A stretch of DNA of 64,000 nt from Rhodospirillales bacterium (GCA_965207535.1 CBDBMR010000011.1:78276-142275); one strand, 5' to 3'; counted from the first letter of the stretch, positions 18,938 to 28,652 are shown. A program made the numbers and translations. Notes: generated by a model from the letters alone, not told the origin.

Positions 18938-19519
18938 ATGGGAAACGTCGAGCAGGCCCTCGAGATGATCGACGCCGCCAATGCGCGGGATCCAAATCTG
19001 GAGACCGCCGACGGCGAAAAGCAGCCGAAGGAACTGGTCTATGGCCGCCGGATGTCCGCTTGTCTCGAACGGCTGGCGCCCGAGGCCTCGGATCTCGTTC
19101 GGATCGCCGCCCGGGCACAGCACATCGAACGTTGGACGGTGCCTCGTGACGGCTACCCGGAAGGGAAGAAGGGCTACCACCGTTGGCGCACGGACCTCGG
19201 GCGATTTCACGCGGACCGGGCGGGAGAAATCATGGCGGCCTGCGGCTACGCCGAGACCGAGATCGAAAAAGTCCAGGCCATGCTGCGGAAGAAGAACCTC
19301 CGGTCCGATCCCGACACCCAGCTTTTGGAGGACACCATTTGCGTGGTGTTCCTGGAGAATTACCTGTCCGGCTTCTCGGCCAAGCATGATCCGGAGAAAA
19401 TCGTCGACATTCTCCGCAAGACCTGGGGGAAGATGAGCCCGCGGGGACGAGAGGCGGCGCTCGCCCTCGAACTGAGCGAAGACGCGCGGCAGCTTGTCGA
19501 ACGGGCGCTTGCCCAATAG
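18938..19519 (+). CDS. DUF4202-like hypothetical protein
   Basis: Complete ORF with good coding character. I recognise the family only from recalled sequence patterns (HIERW, HRWRTDLGRFHA). Confidence 0.55.
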   Translation: MGNVEQALEMIDAANARDPNLETADGEKQPKELVYGRRMSACLERLAPEASDLVRIAARAQHIERWTVPRDGYPEGKKGYHRWRTDLGRFHADRAGEIMAACGYAETEIEKVQAMLRKKNLRSDPDTQLLEDTICVVFLENYLSGFSAKHDPEKIVDILRKTWGKMSPRGREAALALELSEDARQLVERALAQ

Positions 19520-19528
19520 GGTGCGGCC

Positions 19529-20314
19529 ATGTCCGCGAGCACACCCCATACCGTGTATCTGGTCGGCGCCGGGCCCGGCGATCCGGACCTTCTGACGGTC
19601 AAGGCATTGCGCCTGCTCCAAACGGCCGAGGTGGTGGTCTACGACCGGCTCGTTTCGGATGCGGTTCTGGACCTTGTCCCCGCCGGCGCGACCCGCATTT
19701 TTGCCGGCAAGGCGAGCCGCCGCCGGGGAGTGCCGCAGGAGGAGATCAACGACATGCTGGTCCGCTTGGCCCGCGAGGGACGAAGCGTGGTCCGGCTGAA
19801 GGGCGGTGATCCGTTCGTCTTTGGACGGGGCTCGGAGGAAGCCGTGCATCTGGTGGAGAATGGCATCCCGTTCGAAGTGGTGCCGGGCGTGACGGCGGCG
19901 ATCGCCTGTGCCGCCTATTCCGGAATTCCGCTGACCCACCGGGGGCTGGCCAAGAGCGTCCGGGTTATCACCGGGCACCGCCGGGACAACCAGGCTCTCG
20001 ACTTCGATTGGCCGAGTTTGGCGGATGGCGAGACGACACTGGTCGTCTATATGGGCCTCGCCAATCTCGGATTGATCGCCCGGGAACTGATGGACGCGGG
20101 AGCCGAAAGCGACCGGCCCGCCGCCGCCGTCTACCGCGGCTCGACGCCGGACCAGCGCGTCGTGCACGCCACTCTCGGAACCCTCGCCGACCGGGTCCGA
20201 GACGCGGGCCTCACCGCCCCTACCCTGGTCATCATCGGCGAGGTGGCGTCGCTCGGCGAGACGCTCGCCTGGTTCGAGCCGGCGCGTTCCGGCGACCGTC
20301 AGGCTCATGGCTAG
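19529..20314 (+). CDS. cobA: Uroporphyrinogen-III C-methyltransferase (SUMT)
   Basis: VYLVGAGPGDPDLLTVKALRLLQTAEVVVYD...RLKGGDPFVFGRGSEE matches the tetrapyrrole methylase signature. Confidence 0.85.
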   Translation: MSASTPHTVYLVGAGPGDPDLLTVKALRLLQTAEVVVYDRLVSDAVLDLVPAGATRIFAGKASRRRGVPQEEINDMLVRLAREGRSVVRLKGGDPFVFGRGSEEAVHLVENGIPFEVVPGVTAAIACAAYSGIPLTHRGLAKSVRVITGHRRDNQALDFDWPSLADGETTLVVYMGLANLGLIARELMDAGAESDRPAAAVYRGSTPDQRVVHATLGTLADRVRDAGLTAPTLVIIGEVASLGETLAWFEPARSGDRQAHG

Positions 20315-21047
20315 TCTTGCGGACACCGTCCTATTGATCGTCGGACACGGTGCCGCGGATGCGCCCACGGCGGCCGACGCGGTGACGTCGCATGCGCGGA
20401 ACATAGCGTCACGGGAGATTTTCGCCGACGTCCGTTCCGGTTTCCTGCGGCAGGAACCGTTCGCCAAATCCGTCCTCGATCAAATCGGCGGCCGGTCCGT
20501 CGTCGTCGTGCCTCATTTCGCGGCCGACGGCTACGTCGCCGGCGAAGTCCTGCCGGGCGAGCTGGGCATCGAGGACGGAACCGCCCTGACCAAGGCGGTC
20601 GGCTCCCACCCGAATATTCCGGCGGTCGCGGTGGACCTGGTTCTCACCGAAGCACGGGACGCCGGCATCGATCCCGGCAGGACCGATATCGTCGTCGTGG
20701 GCCACGGCACCAGGCGCAACGATCGCTCGGAAACGTCGACCGCCCGCCTCGCCGAATTGGTTCTCGCCGAAACCGGCGCCGCTTCCTGCACGGCGGCGTT
20801 TCTGGAGATCGATCCGTTGATCGAGGATTGGCGGGAGTTCACCAGCCGGCCCCATGTGATCGTGCTCCCCAACCTGTTCGCCGCGGGGTTTCACGGCGCC
20901 GAGGACATCCCCGCCCGGCTTGGCGCGCCCGGCAAGCGGCAATTGCACCTGTGTCCGCCGCTGGGGACGGCGCCGGTCATGGCCGACCTGATCGTCGACC
21001 AGGCGTTGTCGTGTTTGGCGGGAACCGAAGAGACCGCGCATGCTTGA
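20307..21047 (+). CDS. CbiX/SirB-type sirohydrochlorin chelatase (two-domain)
   Basis: Two repeats of the (L/V)(I/V)VGHG...(P)(H/N)(F/L)FA(A/D)G pattern. It overlaps cobA by 8 nt, so the two are probably one operon. Confidence 0.65.
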   Translation: MASLADTVLLIVGHGAADAPTAADAVTSHARNIASREIFADVRSGFLRQEPFAKSVLDQIGGRSVVVVPHFAADGYVAGEVLPGELGIEDGTALTKAVGSHPNIPAVAVDLVLTEARDAGIDPGRTDIVVVGHGTRRNDRSETSTARLAELVLAETGAASCTAAFLEIDPLIEDWREFTSRPHVIVLPNLFAAGFHGAEDIPARLGAPGKRQLHLCPPLGTAPVMADLIVDQALSCLAGTEETAHA

Positions 21048-21076
21048 AGATGCGGTGCGATTGGCCGAATTCGGCC

Positions 21077-22060
21077 TCACGGCAGCATGATCACCTGACC
21101 GGTGGTCTTGCGGGCTGCCGCGTCCCGGTGGACCTTGGGCGCGTCCCGCAGTTTGTACCGGTGATCGATGGTAATCCTGACTTTGCCGCTCTTGATCATG
21201 CGTATCACCAAACGGGCGCTCGCATCGGCGATTTCGGGCGACGTCATGTAGTTGACCGTGGTCGCCCGGTGAATGAAGGGGGACTTGGCCTGACCTTCCT
21301 TTAGCAGATCGAGGGGCGGCGGCGGTCCCGATGCGGCGCCGAAGCTGACCGCCAGCCCGAGGACCCTCGTGCATTCGATGGAGCCAGCCCACGTGGTCCT
21401 GCCGACCGAATCGTAAACCACGTCCGCCCCCTCGCCTTTGGTCAGGCGCATGACCTCCTTGACGAAGTCCTTCTTGGCATAATTGATCACGTGCGCCGCG
21501 CCATGGCGTTTGGCCAACCGGCACTTGGCGTCGGTGCCCGCGGTGCCGATCAGCGTCGCGCCCACCGCCTTCGCCCACTGGCAGGCGATCAGGCCGACCC
21601 CGCCGGCGGCCGCGTGAAACAGGATGACGTCGCCCTTCTTGAGCTTGCGGGTCCGGTTGAACAGATATTCGACGGTGCGGCCCTTCGACAGCATGGCCGC
21701 CGCGGTCTCATCGTCGATCCACCCGGGCAGCCTGATCAAATGATCCGCCTCGATGAGCCGCGCCTCCGAGTAGCTGCCCGGCATGCCCGTGGCGTAGGCG
21801 ACCCGGTCGCCGGCTTTCACCCGCGTGACGCCGCGCCCGACCGCCTCGACCACGCCCGCGCCCTCGATACCGATACCCATCGGCAAGGGCCCGCGCGGCG
21901 GATAGAGGCCGCTCCGTATATACGTGTCCACCAAATTGAATCCGACGGCGGTGTGGCGGACGATCGCCTGCCCTGCTTTGGGTTTCGGCAGTTCCACCTC
22001 TTCCCACTTCATCGCCGCCGGCGGCCCGGGCTTGTGAACACGAAAGGCGTGGGTCTTCAT
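21077..22060 (-). CDS. NADPH:quinone oxidoreductase (zinc-type ADH superfamily)
   Basis: 327 aa with GVNFxD-like VGFNLVD, a GxGxxG-like AAAGGVG Rossmann motif, and the family-typical ending TGQVIMLP. Confidence 0.85.
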   Translation of the reverse strand: MKTHAFRVHKPGPPAAMKWEEVELPKPKAGQAIVRHTAVGFNLVDTYIRSGLYPPRGPLPMGIGIEGAGVVEAVGRGVTRVKAGDRVAYATGMPGSYSEARLIEADHLIRLPGWIDDETAAAMLSKGRTVEYLFNRTRKLKKGDVILFHAAAGGVGLIACQWAKAVGATLIGTAGTDAKCRLAKRHGAAHVINYAKKDFVKEVMRLTKGEGADVVYDSVGRTTWAGSIECTRVLGLAVSFGAASGPPPPLDLLKEGQAKSPFIHRATTVNYMTSPEIADASARLVIRMIKSGKVRITIDHRYKLRDAPKVHRDAAARKTTGQVIMLP

Positions 22061-22161
22061 CTCGTTTCTCCCGACGTTATGGGCGCTATAGCCGCCTGGC
22101 GGGGCGTCATTTGGACGTAGTCGAGCTTCTCCGGGCGGCGGGTCATTCGGCTATTGGGCGG

Positions 22162-23181
22162 CTACTGCGCGGCGTCGGCCTGGGTTTCGAACGCCGGCAT
22201 GATTTCGCGCGAAAACTCCCGCAACGTCTCGGCGCTGCCGGGAAGCAGGATCAGAACATACTCCACGCCCCACAATTGGAGCTGTTGAAGCCGCTCGACG
22301 ATGCGTTCGGGCGTGCCGATCAGCGCGCTGTCCGGATTGCTCATATCCTGAACCGCGAATGTTTCCGGCTGCGCGTCACGGCGCAGTCCCGGCAGAGCGC
22401 CGTAATCCTCGGCCATTTTGGCGTTGCGTTCGATACGCGCCCGGATCGCTTCTTCGTACTCTTCTTGCGTCCGGGTAATCGTCAGTCCCCGGGCGACGGC
22501 CAACTCATCGGGCAGCAAGGGCCGGCCGATCTCGGCGCAGGTGTCCCGCCATACTTTCAGGCGCTCCCGGGTTCGGGCATCCGTGGCGAAATGATCGAGC
22601 AGAATATTGAATCCCGATTTGGCCACCCGGGCGATGGACTCGTCGGTGCCGGCGGCCGACCACAGCGGCGGGTGGGGTTTCTGGACGACCGGCGGCTCGA
22701 CGACGATATTCCGGAAGCTCCAGAACCGGCCGTCATGGTCGAAACGTTCATCGGACAGCCACGATTTCCGGATCAGCTCGACGGACTCCTCGTAGCGCGG
22801 CAGTCCCTCTTCCTTGGGGATGCAGAACCCCTCGAACTCGATGTCGCGGTAGCCTTTCCCGACACCAAAATCCAACCGGCCGCCGGACAGCAGATCGACG
22901 GTCGCCGCCTGCTCCGCGATCAGCACCGGGCTGTGCCACGGAAGCACGGTAACCGCCGTGCCGAGACGAATGGCGCTGGTCTTGGCGGCGAGATAGGACA
23001 ACAGGTTCAGGGATGAGGAAACCTGGCCGGAGCCGGAAAAATGGTGTTCGACGAGAAAGATGCTGTGAAAGCCCAGGCTTTCCGCCTCGACGACGAGATC
23101 GACGAATTTTCGGTAGCCCTGGCTGTCCGCCGTTTCGTCGCCGCGCTTCGCCACGGCGCCGCCGAATAATCCGAATCGCAT
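22162..23181 (-). CDS. LLM-class flavin-dependent oxidoreductase
   Basis: MRFGLFGG...FHSIFLVEHHF...LGTAVTVLPWHSPVLIAEQAATVDLLSGGRLDFGVGKG. The start is trimmed to the Met at 23181. Confidence 0.8.
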   Translation of the reverse strand: MRFGLFGGAVAKRGDETADSQGYRKFVDLVVEAESLGFHSIFLVEHHFSGSGQVSSSLNLLSYLAAKTSAIRLGTAVTVLPWHSPVLIAEQAATVDLLSGGRLDFGVGKGYRDIEFEGFCIPKEEGLPRYEESVELIRKSWLSDERFDHDGRFWSFRNIVVEPPVVQKPHPPLWSAAGTDESIARVAKSGFNILLDHFATDARTRERLKVWRDTCAEIGRPLLPDELAVARGLTITRTQEEYEEAIRARIERNAKMAEDYGALPGLRRDAQPETFAVQDMSNPDSALIGTPERIVERLQQLQLWGVEYVLILLPGSAETLREFSREIMPAFETQADAAQ

Positions 23182-23299
23182 ATGAGATCCCAACCCGATC
23201 GCGTCAGTTGCCGCTTTCGGCGTCGAGCCTAAGGCTCCGTTCCGGCCTTTGCAAACGAGGGACGATGGAGGCAGTTTGGCTGATCGTAGCATCTTTATG

Positions 23300-23458
23300 A
23301 CCCCCTCGCCCCCCTTTTGGGGGGAGAGGGATGCGGAGGCTTGGCGAGGCGAGCGCCGAGCCTCAGCCGTAGCTGGGTGAGGGGGGAATTTTCATATCGC
23401 CCTCACCCCTATTGACCCCCTCACCCCGACCCTCTCCCCCTGAAGAAGGGGGAGAGGG
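23300..23458. repeat. G/C-rich hairpin repeat cluster, locus B
   Basis: GGGTGAGGG (23375-23383) pairs with CCCTCACCC (23400-23408). CCCTCTCCCC (23430-23439) pairs with GGGGAGAGGG (23448-23457), a perfect 10-bp stem. Confidence 0.75.
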
Positions 23459-23563
23459 AACTCGACCGCCGGCAATTGCATATGCCGGGATTTAGGCATA
23501 TTTACGGGCTAGTTTATGGGCCAGGTTTATGGGCGAGGCCCGACGCCGGAGGAGAATTCGATC

Positions 23564-23878
23564 ATGGACGACCGGACCCGAATCGAGCTTGAAGCCGCCG
23601 CATTCCGCGGCCTCGTCGAGCATCTGCAAAACCGCACCGACGTGCAGAATATCGATTTGATGGGGCTTGCGGGCTTTTGCCGCAACTGCCTCGCCAAGTG
23701 GTATGCGGCGGCCGCCGAGAAGCGGGATGTGGAGATGGACTACGATCGCGCCCGGGAAATCGTCTACGGCATGCCGTTCCCCGAATGGAAGGAAAAGCAC
23801 CAGTCCGAGGCCAGCGGCGAGCAGAAGCGGAAATTCGAGGAGACGAAGCCGCTGCACGCCAAGATCAGCGGCCATTAG
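23564..23878 (+). CDS. DUF1244-like small protein
   Basis: A GGAGGAG RBS precedes the ATG at 23564. FCRNCLAKWY is a conserved-looking motif. The family assignment rests on memory only. Confidence 0.6.
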   Translation: MDDRTRIELEAAAFRGLVEHLQNRTDVQNIDLMGLAGFCRNCLAKWYAAAAEKRDVEMDYDRAREIVYGMPFPEWKEKHQSEASGEQKRKFEETKPLHAKISGH

Positions 23879-23974
23879 AGGGACGGCGATTAATCGGACA
23901 GACCCGTCTCCCCTCTTGATCGGCGGCGCAGAGCGCACGATTATAGAAATCAAGCATTTCTCGAGGATGGCAAA

Positions 23975-25039
23975 ATGGCACCGCCCGATACCGCAGACAC
24001 CACCTCGGAACGCCAAGCGTTCAACGAGGAAATCAAGAGCCTCGGCGCCGCGCCCTTGTGGGACCAATATCACGGCGTCCTGACTTCGGAGCCTCAGGTC
24101 CAGGGAGTTCCGCATATCTGGAAGTGGGACGGCATTCGCGACAAAATCCTTCGGGCCGGCGACCTGATTACCGCCAAGGAAGCCGAGCGCCGCGTGCTGA
24201 TGCTCGAAAATCCGGCCTACCCCGGCGAGGCCAAGGCGACGGAGACCTTGTTCTCGGGCATACAAATGATCCTCCCCGGCGAAGTGGCGCCTGCCCACCG
24301 GCATTCGCCCAATGCGCTCCGCCTGATTCTCGAAGGGTCCGGCGGCTACACGTCGGTCAACGGCGAGAAGACCTTCATGGAATTCGGGGACTACATCATC
24401 ACCCCGAACTGGTGCTGGCACGACCACGGCAATGAGGGCGATGAGCCGGTGATTTGGCAGGATATATTGGATTTGCCCCTGGTGCGCAGCATCGGCGCCA
24501 TCTTCCACAACCCCTATCCGGACGATCAGTTCCCGCCCGGCCCGCCGGAAGGAGACAGCCTCGTGCGGTACGGCTCCAACATGGTTCCGGCGGAGGGACT
24601 GGCGCCAGACCGGATGGCGTCGCCGATCTTTTCCTATCCCTACGCCCGGTCCCGGGAAACCATGGAGAAGCTCGCCGAGACCACCGATCTCGACCCCTAT
24701 CACGGGCTGAAGATGGAGTTCATCGATCCAACGACGGGCGGCGCCGCCATGTCGTCCATCTCGACCTTCCTCCAGCGCCTGCCCAAGGGCTTCAAGGGTG
24801 AGCGCTACCAGACCACCGAGGGCTGCATCTTCACCTGCCTCGAGGGCGGCGGCCGGGCCGTCATCGATACCGGTGGAACCGAAACCGCCATCGAGTTCCA
24901 ACCCAAGGACGTGTTCTGCGTGCCGTGCTGGTATCCCTTCCGGCTGGAAGCCGACGAGGACACGTACCTCTTCCAGGGCACCGACAAGGTGGTGCAGACC
25001 AAACTCGGCCTGTGGCGGGAGAAGCGCGGCAACGCGTAG
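23975..25039 (+). CDS. Gentisate 1,2-dioxygenase (bicupin)
   Basis: 354 aa with PLWD...MLENP...GEVAPAHRHSPNALRLILEG...WHDHGNEG, the characteristic cupin metal-binding motifs. Confidence 0.8.
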   Translation: MAPPDTADTTSERQAFNEEIKSLGAAPLWDQYHGVLTSEPQVQGVPHIWKWDGIRDKILRAGDLITAKEAERRVLMLENPAYPGEAKATETLFSGIQMILPGEVAPAHRHSPNALRLILEGSGGYTSVNGEKTFMEFGDYIITPNWCWHDHGNEGDEPVIWQDILDLPLVRSIGAIFHNPYPDDQFPPGPPEGDSLVRYGSNMVPAEGLAPDRMASPIFSYPYARSRETMEKLAETTDLDPYHGLKMEFIDPTTGGAAMSSISTFLQRLPKGFKGERYQTTEGCIFTCLEGGGRAVIDTGGTETAIEFQPKDVFCVPCWYPFRLEADEDTYLFQGTDKVVQTKLGLWREKRGNA

Positions 25040-25088
25040 CATGACGGCCGGTGCGAACCGGCGCGCCGGCGATCAGGGGGGATTGACG

Positions 25089-26342
25089 ATGACCGGCAGC
25101 TTGCCGCCATTTCATATTGACGTCTGCGATACCGCCCGGCGGGAGCCGGGCATGATGGTGTTCAACGTTCGGCCCGGCGGCCGGGCCGACAATACGGTCG
25201 GCAGCGGATGGCTGCTGGGCGTCGACCAGCGGGGCGACATCGCGCTCAATTACTCGGGCGGTGAGCCTGTACAGGACAATCGGCGCCTGCCGAACGGCAA
25301 TGTCCTCTTCTCCGAGACCGGCATCGGGCGAATTTACGAAATGACCCGGGGCGGCGAAATCGTCCGTCACTGGTACGTCACCGGAAAATGGCGGGACAAG
25401 GAGCCGCCGGTCGGCGGCATCCCCATCGATCTTTACCTCACCCATCACGCCATCAACATGCTGGGCAACGGCAACCTGCTTCTGATGTCCGCCGAGGTCC
25501 GAACTTTCGACGACTGGCCGGGCAGCGAAACGGATCCCGGCGCGCCGCCTGAGACCGCGAACGTGGTCGGCGACATAATTTGCGAGGTAACCCCCGACGG
25601 CGCCGTCATCAATCGATGGCGCATCCTGGATATGCTGGATCCCTACCGGATGTGCTACGGCTCCCGGTCGGGCTACTGGCGCAGCCGCGGCTTCGCCGAT
25701 TCCTTCGATTGGTGCCATGGCAACGCCACCGCCGAGGATCCCAAGGACGGCGGCATTCTCGTCTCCCTTCGGACCCAGGACTGCATCATCAAATTCGACC
25801 GGGCCTCGGGCGGCCTCATGTGGATTCTCGGCACCCACGACAATTGGCGGCCGCCGTGGTCCGAAAATCTGCTCAAGCCCGTCGGCGATGTGGGCTGGCA
25901 GTTCCATCAGCACGACTGCTCGGTGACGCCGTCGGGCACGGTCATGTGTTTCGACAACGGGAACTTCCGGGCAACGCCGTTCAATCCCGGTATCCCGGCG
26001 GAAGAAAATACCAGCCGCGTGGTCGAGTTTCGCATCGACGAAGACGCCATGACCATCGAACAGGTCTGGTCCTATGGCGATGCGCCCGGCGAGCGGCTTT
26101 ACGCCACCTACCAGTGCGGCGCCTGCCGGTTGCCCGAGACGGGCAACACGTTCATCACCTACGGCGGGATCGTCACCAAGGACGGCGTTCCCCATATGGA
26201 TGTCGAGGCCGGATTTTGCCGGGCCCGGCTGATCGAAGTCACGCCGGACAAGGAAATCGTCTTCGACATGTGGATCGAGGATACCGGATCCGACCCGATG
26301 CCGCTCTCGGCGTTTCGCGCCGAGCATTTCCCGGAGGCGTAG
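25089..26342 (+). CDS. Arylsulfotransferase (ASST)-like beta-propeller protein
   Basis: The start is set at the ATG at 25089 (MTGSLPPF), because the upstream part of the track ORF overlaps the dioxygenase. Repeated NGN(L/V) propeller-like motifs appear. The family call is moderate. Confidence 0.6.
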   Translation: MTGSLPPFHIDVCDTARREPGMMVFNVRPGGRADNTVGSGWLLGVDQRGDIALNYSGGEPVQDNRRLPNGNVLFSETGIGRIYEMTRGGEIVRHWYVTGKWRDKEPPVGGIPIDLYLTHHAINMLGNGNLLLMSAEVRTFDDWPGSETDPGAPPETANVVGDIICEVTPDGAVINRWRILDMLDPYRMCYGSRSGYWRSRGFADSFDWCHGNATAEDPKDGGILVSLRTQDCIIKFDRASGGLMWILGTHDNWRPPWSENLLKPVGDVGWQFHQHDCSVTPSGTVMCFDNGNFRATPFNPGIPAEENTSRVVEFRIDEDAMTIEQVWSYGDAPGERLYATYQCGACRLPETGNTFITYGGIVTKDGVPHMDVEAGFCRARLIEVTPDKEIVFDMWIEDTGSDPMPLSAFRAEHFPEA

Positions 26343-26353
26343 CCCCATCGTGT

Positions 26354-26602
26354 TCCCTCTCCCCACCAATTCCCTCCCCAAAACCGGTCCCTCTCCCCTG
26401 GAGGGAGAGGGATGCGAAGATAAGGTCATTCCCCGCCGGGGATTGACCGACTTGGCGGGCGGGAGCCCGGCTTAGCCATGCCTGTCCTCCGGCCAGCGAA
26501 GCTGGTCCGGTGGGCTGGGTGAGGGGGAGTTTTCGTTTCACCCCCACCCTGGTCAATTCCCTGTGGGAAATGACCGACCTCCCCCTTCAAGGTGGAGGGG
26601 AA
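26354..26602. repeat. G/C-rich hairpin repeat cluster, locus C
   Basis: CCCTCTCCC-CTGGA-GGGAGAGGG (26389-26411) is a perfect 9-bp stem. Also present: a GGGTGAGGGGG...CCCCCACCC hairpin and TCCCC-GCC-GGGGA. Confidence 0.75.
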
Positions 26603-26767
26603 TTGGTTTGGGCGTCCGCACGGGCCCCCTTGGCGCAATTCGGAAGCCCTTTCGCTTTCAGGACTAACGATGTGTCCGGAAATGCATGAAAGTAGTAGGT
26701 GCATTGAGCCAACCGGACCGGAGCAAGCGGCTTGTCGCGTGGCGTCGGCCGCCTGCTCCGGCGCCGG

Positions 26768-26801
26768 ATTGCTCCCGATAGCTGTTGCTATCGCGCGTAA
26801 T
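26768..26801. other. lox-like 34-bp recombination site (13-bp arm / 8-bp spacer / 13-bp arm), left copy
   Basis: ATTGCTCCCGATA-GCTGTTGC-TATCGCGCGTAAT. It matches the reverse complement of the site at 28119-28152 at 31 of 34 positions. Confidence 0.6.
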
Positions 26802-27097
26802 ATTGTCAAGACCGCGCTCGCACCGGCAGTGCGCCGCGCCTGCGGCGGGGACCGATAGCCCGCCTCCGACCACCGGCAACCCGTTGAACTTCCGCCACTT
26901 TTCCGGGAGCGGCCGACGCATGCCGGGCGATGCCGCCGGGACGCCGGACCCACCGTCCGTGCCGAATATTACTCCCGATAGCATTTTATGAATCCGCGCC
27001 CTTGACGCCCGCAAGGACCGGATTCGGTTGCCCGTGCGCCGCCACGGCCGCCCCGCCATTATAACCCGGCAGCCCCGTCCGTCCAATCCGGCGCGGC

Positions 27098-28081
27098 TCA
27101 GGTCCGTCCCTGCATCCGCGCCAACTGCGCCGCGCCGCTGCGCCGCGCCAGCAACCGCTCGCCGTAGCGGTTCACCATCGCGGTGGACTTCCACCGCCCG
27201 GCATGGAGGATCGCCGGCAGCTCAATGCCGGCGGCGACCATGTCCTGGGCCGCGCCGACGCGCGCCGAGTGCCCAGACAGGCCCCCCGCCACTGTGTCCG
27301 GCAATCCGGCGTCCCGCGCCATCGCCTTGAAGATGCGCGGCACCTGGCTCGGGTCGAGCCCCTCGCCGATCCGCCCGCCCTTGCCGACCGAACGAAACAG
27401 CCGCCCGTCCTCGATCCCGCCCCGGTCGAGCCACAGGCGAACCAGCCGGACCGTGTCCGGGCCGACCCAAACGATCTCGCCCGCACCCTCGCCGTCGGTC
27501 TTGGAGCGGCGCACTAGAAGGCTGCCGTCGCCCGGCAATTCTTCAAGCAGATCAATGACTTGCAGTGATATCAGTTCAGTCCGCCGAAGCATCGCGTCGT
27601 AGGCGACGGCAAGCAGCGCCCGGTTACGGTCGTCGATCAGCCTGTCGCCCGCGGCCTCCAGCAAGCGCCGGCGCAGCGGCCAGGTCAGTCCCGCCGCCTG
27701 GTCCTGGCGGCGGCCCTTCCTGCGGTGCATGCGCTTGAGCGCAAGCTGCACCGGTGGACTTCCGAGGGGCTTCTCCAGCCCGAGGGCCCGCTGGGCGATG
27801 TCGATGCTGGTCACGTAACGGCGCACCGTGGCCGGCGCCCTGACCTCCGCCTTGGCGTCGACGAAGGCGGCAACGGTCTCGGGGCTGGCCGGCAGCGCCC
27901 TTTCCCCGCGCTCGGCGCACCACTTGGCGTAGATGGCGAGATCGGACTTGAGCGCCCGTTCGGTGTTGCTCGAGAATGCGCCGCTCGCTGCTTGCACGAA
28001 CTGTTGGAGCCGCTTCGCGAGCGCCGGTGCGCGTTCCGCTCCCGGCTCCCCACGGGGGTCGAACGGGGGTTCGAGATACAT
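27098..28081 (-). CDS. Cre-like tyrosine site-specific recombinase
   Basis: SGHSARVGAAQDMVAAGIELPAILHAGRWKSTAMVNRYGE resembles Cre SGHSARVGAARDMARAGVSIPEIMQAGGWTNVNIVMNYIR. DDRNRALLAVAYDAMLRRTELISLQVIDL resembles Cre DIRNLAFLGIAYNTLLRIAEIARIRVKDI. The start is set at MYLEPPF (28081). Confidence 0.85.
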   Translation of the reverse strand: MYLEPPFDPRGEPGAERAPALAKRLQQFVQAASGAFSSNTERALKSDLAIYAKWCAERGERALPASPETVAAFVDAKAEVRAPATVRRYVTSIDIAQRALGLEKPLGSPPVQLALKRMHRRKGRRQDQAAGLTWPLRRRLLEAAGDRLIDDRNRALLAVAYDAMLRRTELISLQVIDLLEELPGDGSLLVRRSKTDGEGAGEIVWVGPDTVRLVRLWLDRGGIEDGRLFRSVGKGGRIGEGLDPSQVPRIFKAMARDAGLPDTVAGGLSGHSARVGAAQDMVAAGIELPAILHAGRWKSTAMVNRYGERLLARRSGAAQLARMQGRT

Positions 28082-28118
28082 GTGCGCGCCTCCGGTTCGT
28101 CCAATCGCGAGCCCGCAG

Positions 28119-28152
28119 ATTACGCGCGATAGCAACAGTTATCGCGCGCAAT
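28119..28152. other. lox-like 34-bp recombination site, right copy (inverted relative to the left copy)
   Basis: ATTACGCGCGATA-GCAACAGT-TATCGCGCGCAAT. The arms match each other's reverse complement at 12 of 13 positions. The site lies 38 nt upstream of the recombinase start codon. Confidence 0.6.
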
Positions 28153-28319
28153 ACGGATGCAGGTGGAGTCGGATGACGCGGGATGTCACGGTCGGTTCAG
28201 CGGCGCCTCGGCGTGACAGTCGGGCGCATCTCTGCATACCGCAACTCCTGCGTAGGCTTGCGCCGTCGCCCGGGTTTGCTGCATGCCAATTGTACCTTAA
28301 ACGGAGACAACCCGACAAC

Positions 28320-28652
28320 ATGCTGGCACGGGCCGCGGTCCGTTTCGGGTGCGCTGTGGGGCACGCTCTGGCTGTCCTTGCGCTGGCGGTCGGGCTCGCC
28401 GGGGCGGCGCAGGCGCAGACGGAGCCATGCAGCTCAAACACCGGGAACGAGCACGGGGTCATGTGCATAGAACCGGCGACCTCCGATAGGGATATCAACA
28501 TCCGGCAGGGCGGCACCGAGATTTCGATCACCGGGGGTGGGCTGAACGGCCACCACGGCGTTTACACGCTCGGCGGCTCGGTCGGGGCGGGCGGTCTGGG
28601 TTCCGACGACACGTCCTCTTCCGCCCGCCTCGAAGCGCGCATCGGGTTCTGA
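28320..28652 (+). CDS. Hypothetical small secreted Gly-rich protein
   Basis: Signal-peptide-like N-terminus (MLARAAVRFGCAVGHALAVLALAVGLAGAAQA) followed by Gly-rich repeats. It could be a gene fragment. Confidence 0.35.
   Translation: MLARAAVRFGCAVGHALAVLALAVGLAGAAQAQTEPCSSNTGNEHGVMCIEPATSDRDINIRQGGTEISITGGGLNGHHGVYTLGGSVGAGGLGSDDTSSSARLEARIGF

Noticed and set aside
18935-20467. 510-aa minus-strand ORF
   Set aside because: Shadow ORF opposite the DUF4202-like gene, cobA and cbiX. It has no recognisable motifs, and the plus-strand genes have clear signatures.
23492-26429. Long minus-strand ORFs 23492..25042 and 24861..26429
   Set aside because: Shadow ORFs opposite the DUF1244-like gene, gentisate dioxygenase and the ASST-like gene. 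Their composition is the low-complexity Arg/Gly/Ala type.
27933-28319. Upstream part of the 239-aa plus ORF 27933..28652, which crosses the lox-like site and the recombinase start
   Set aside because: It is antisense to the recombinase N-terminus. Only the 3' portion from the ATG at 28320, which has a signal peptide, looks like a possible gene.
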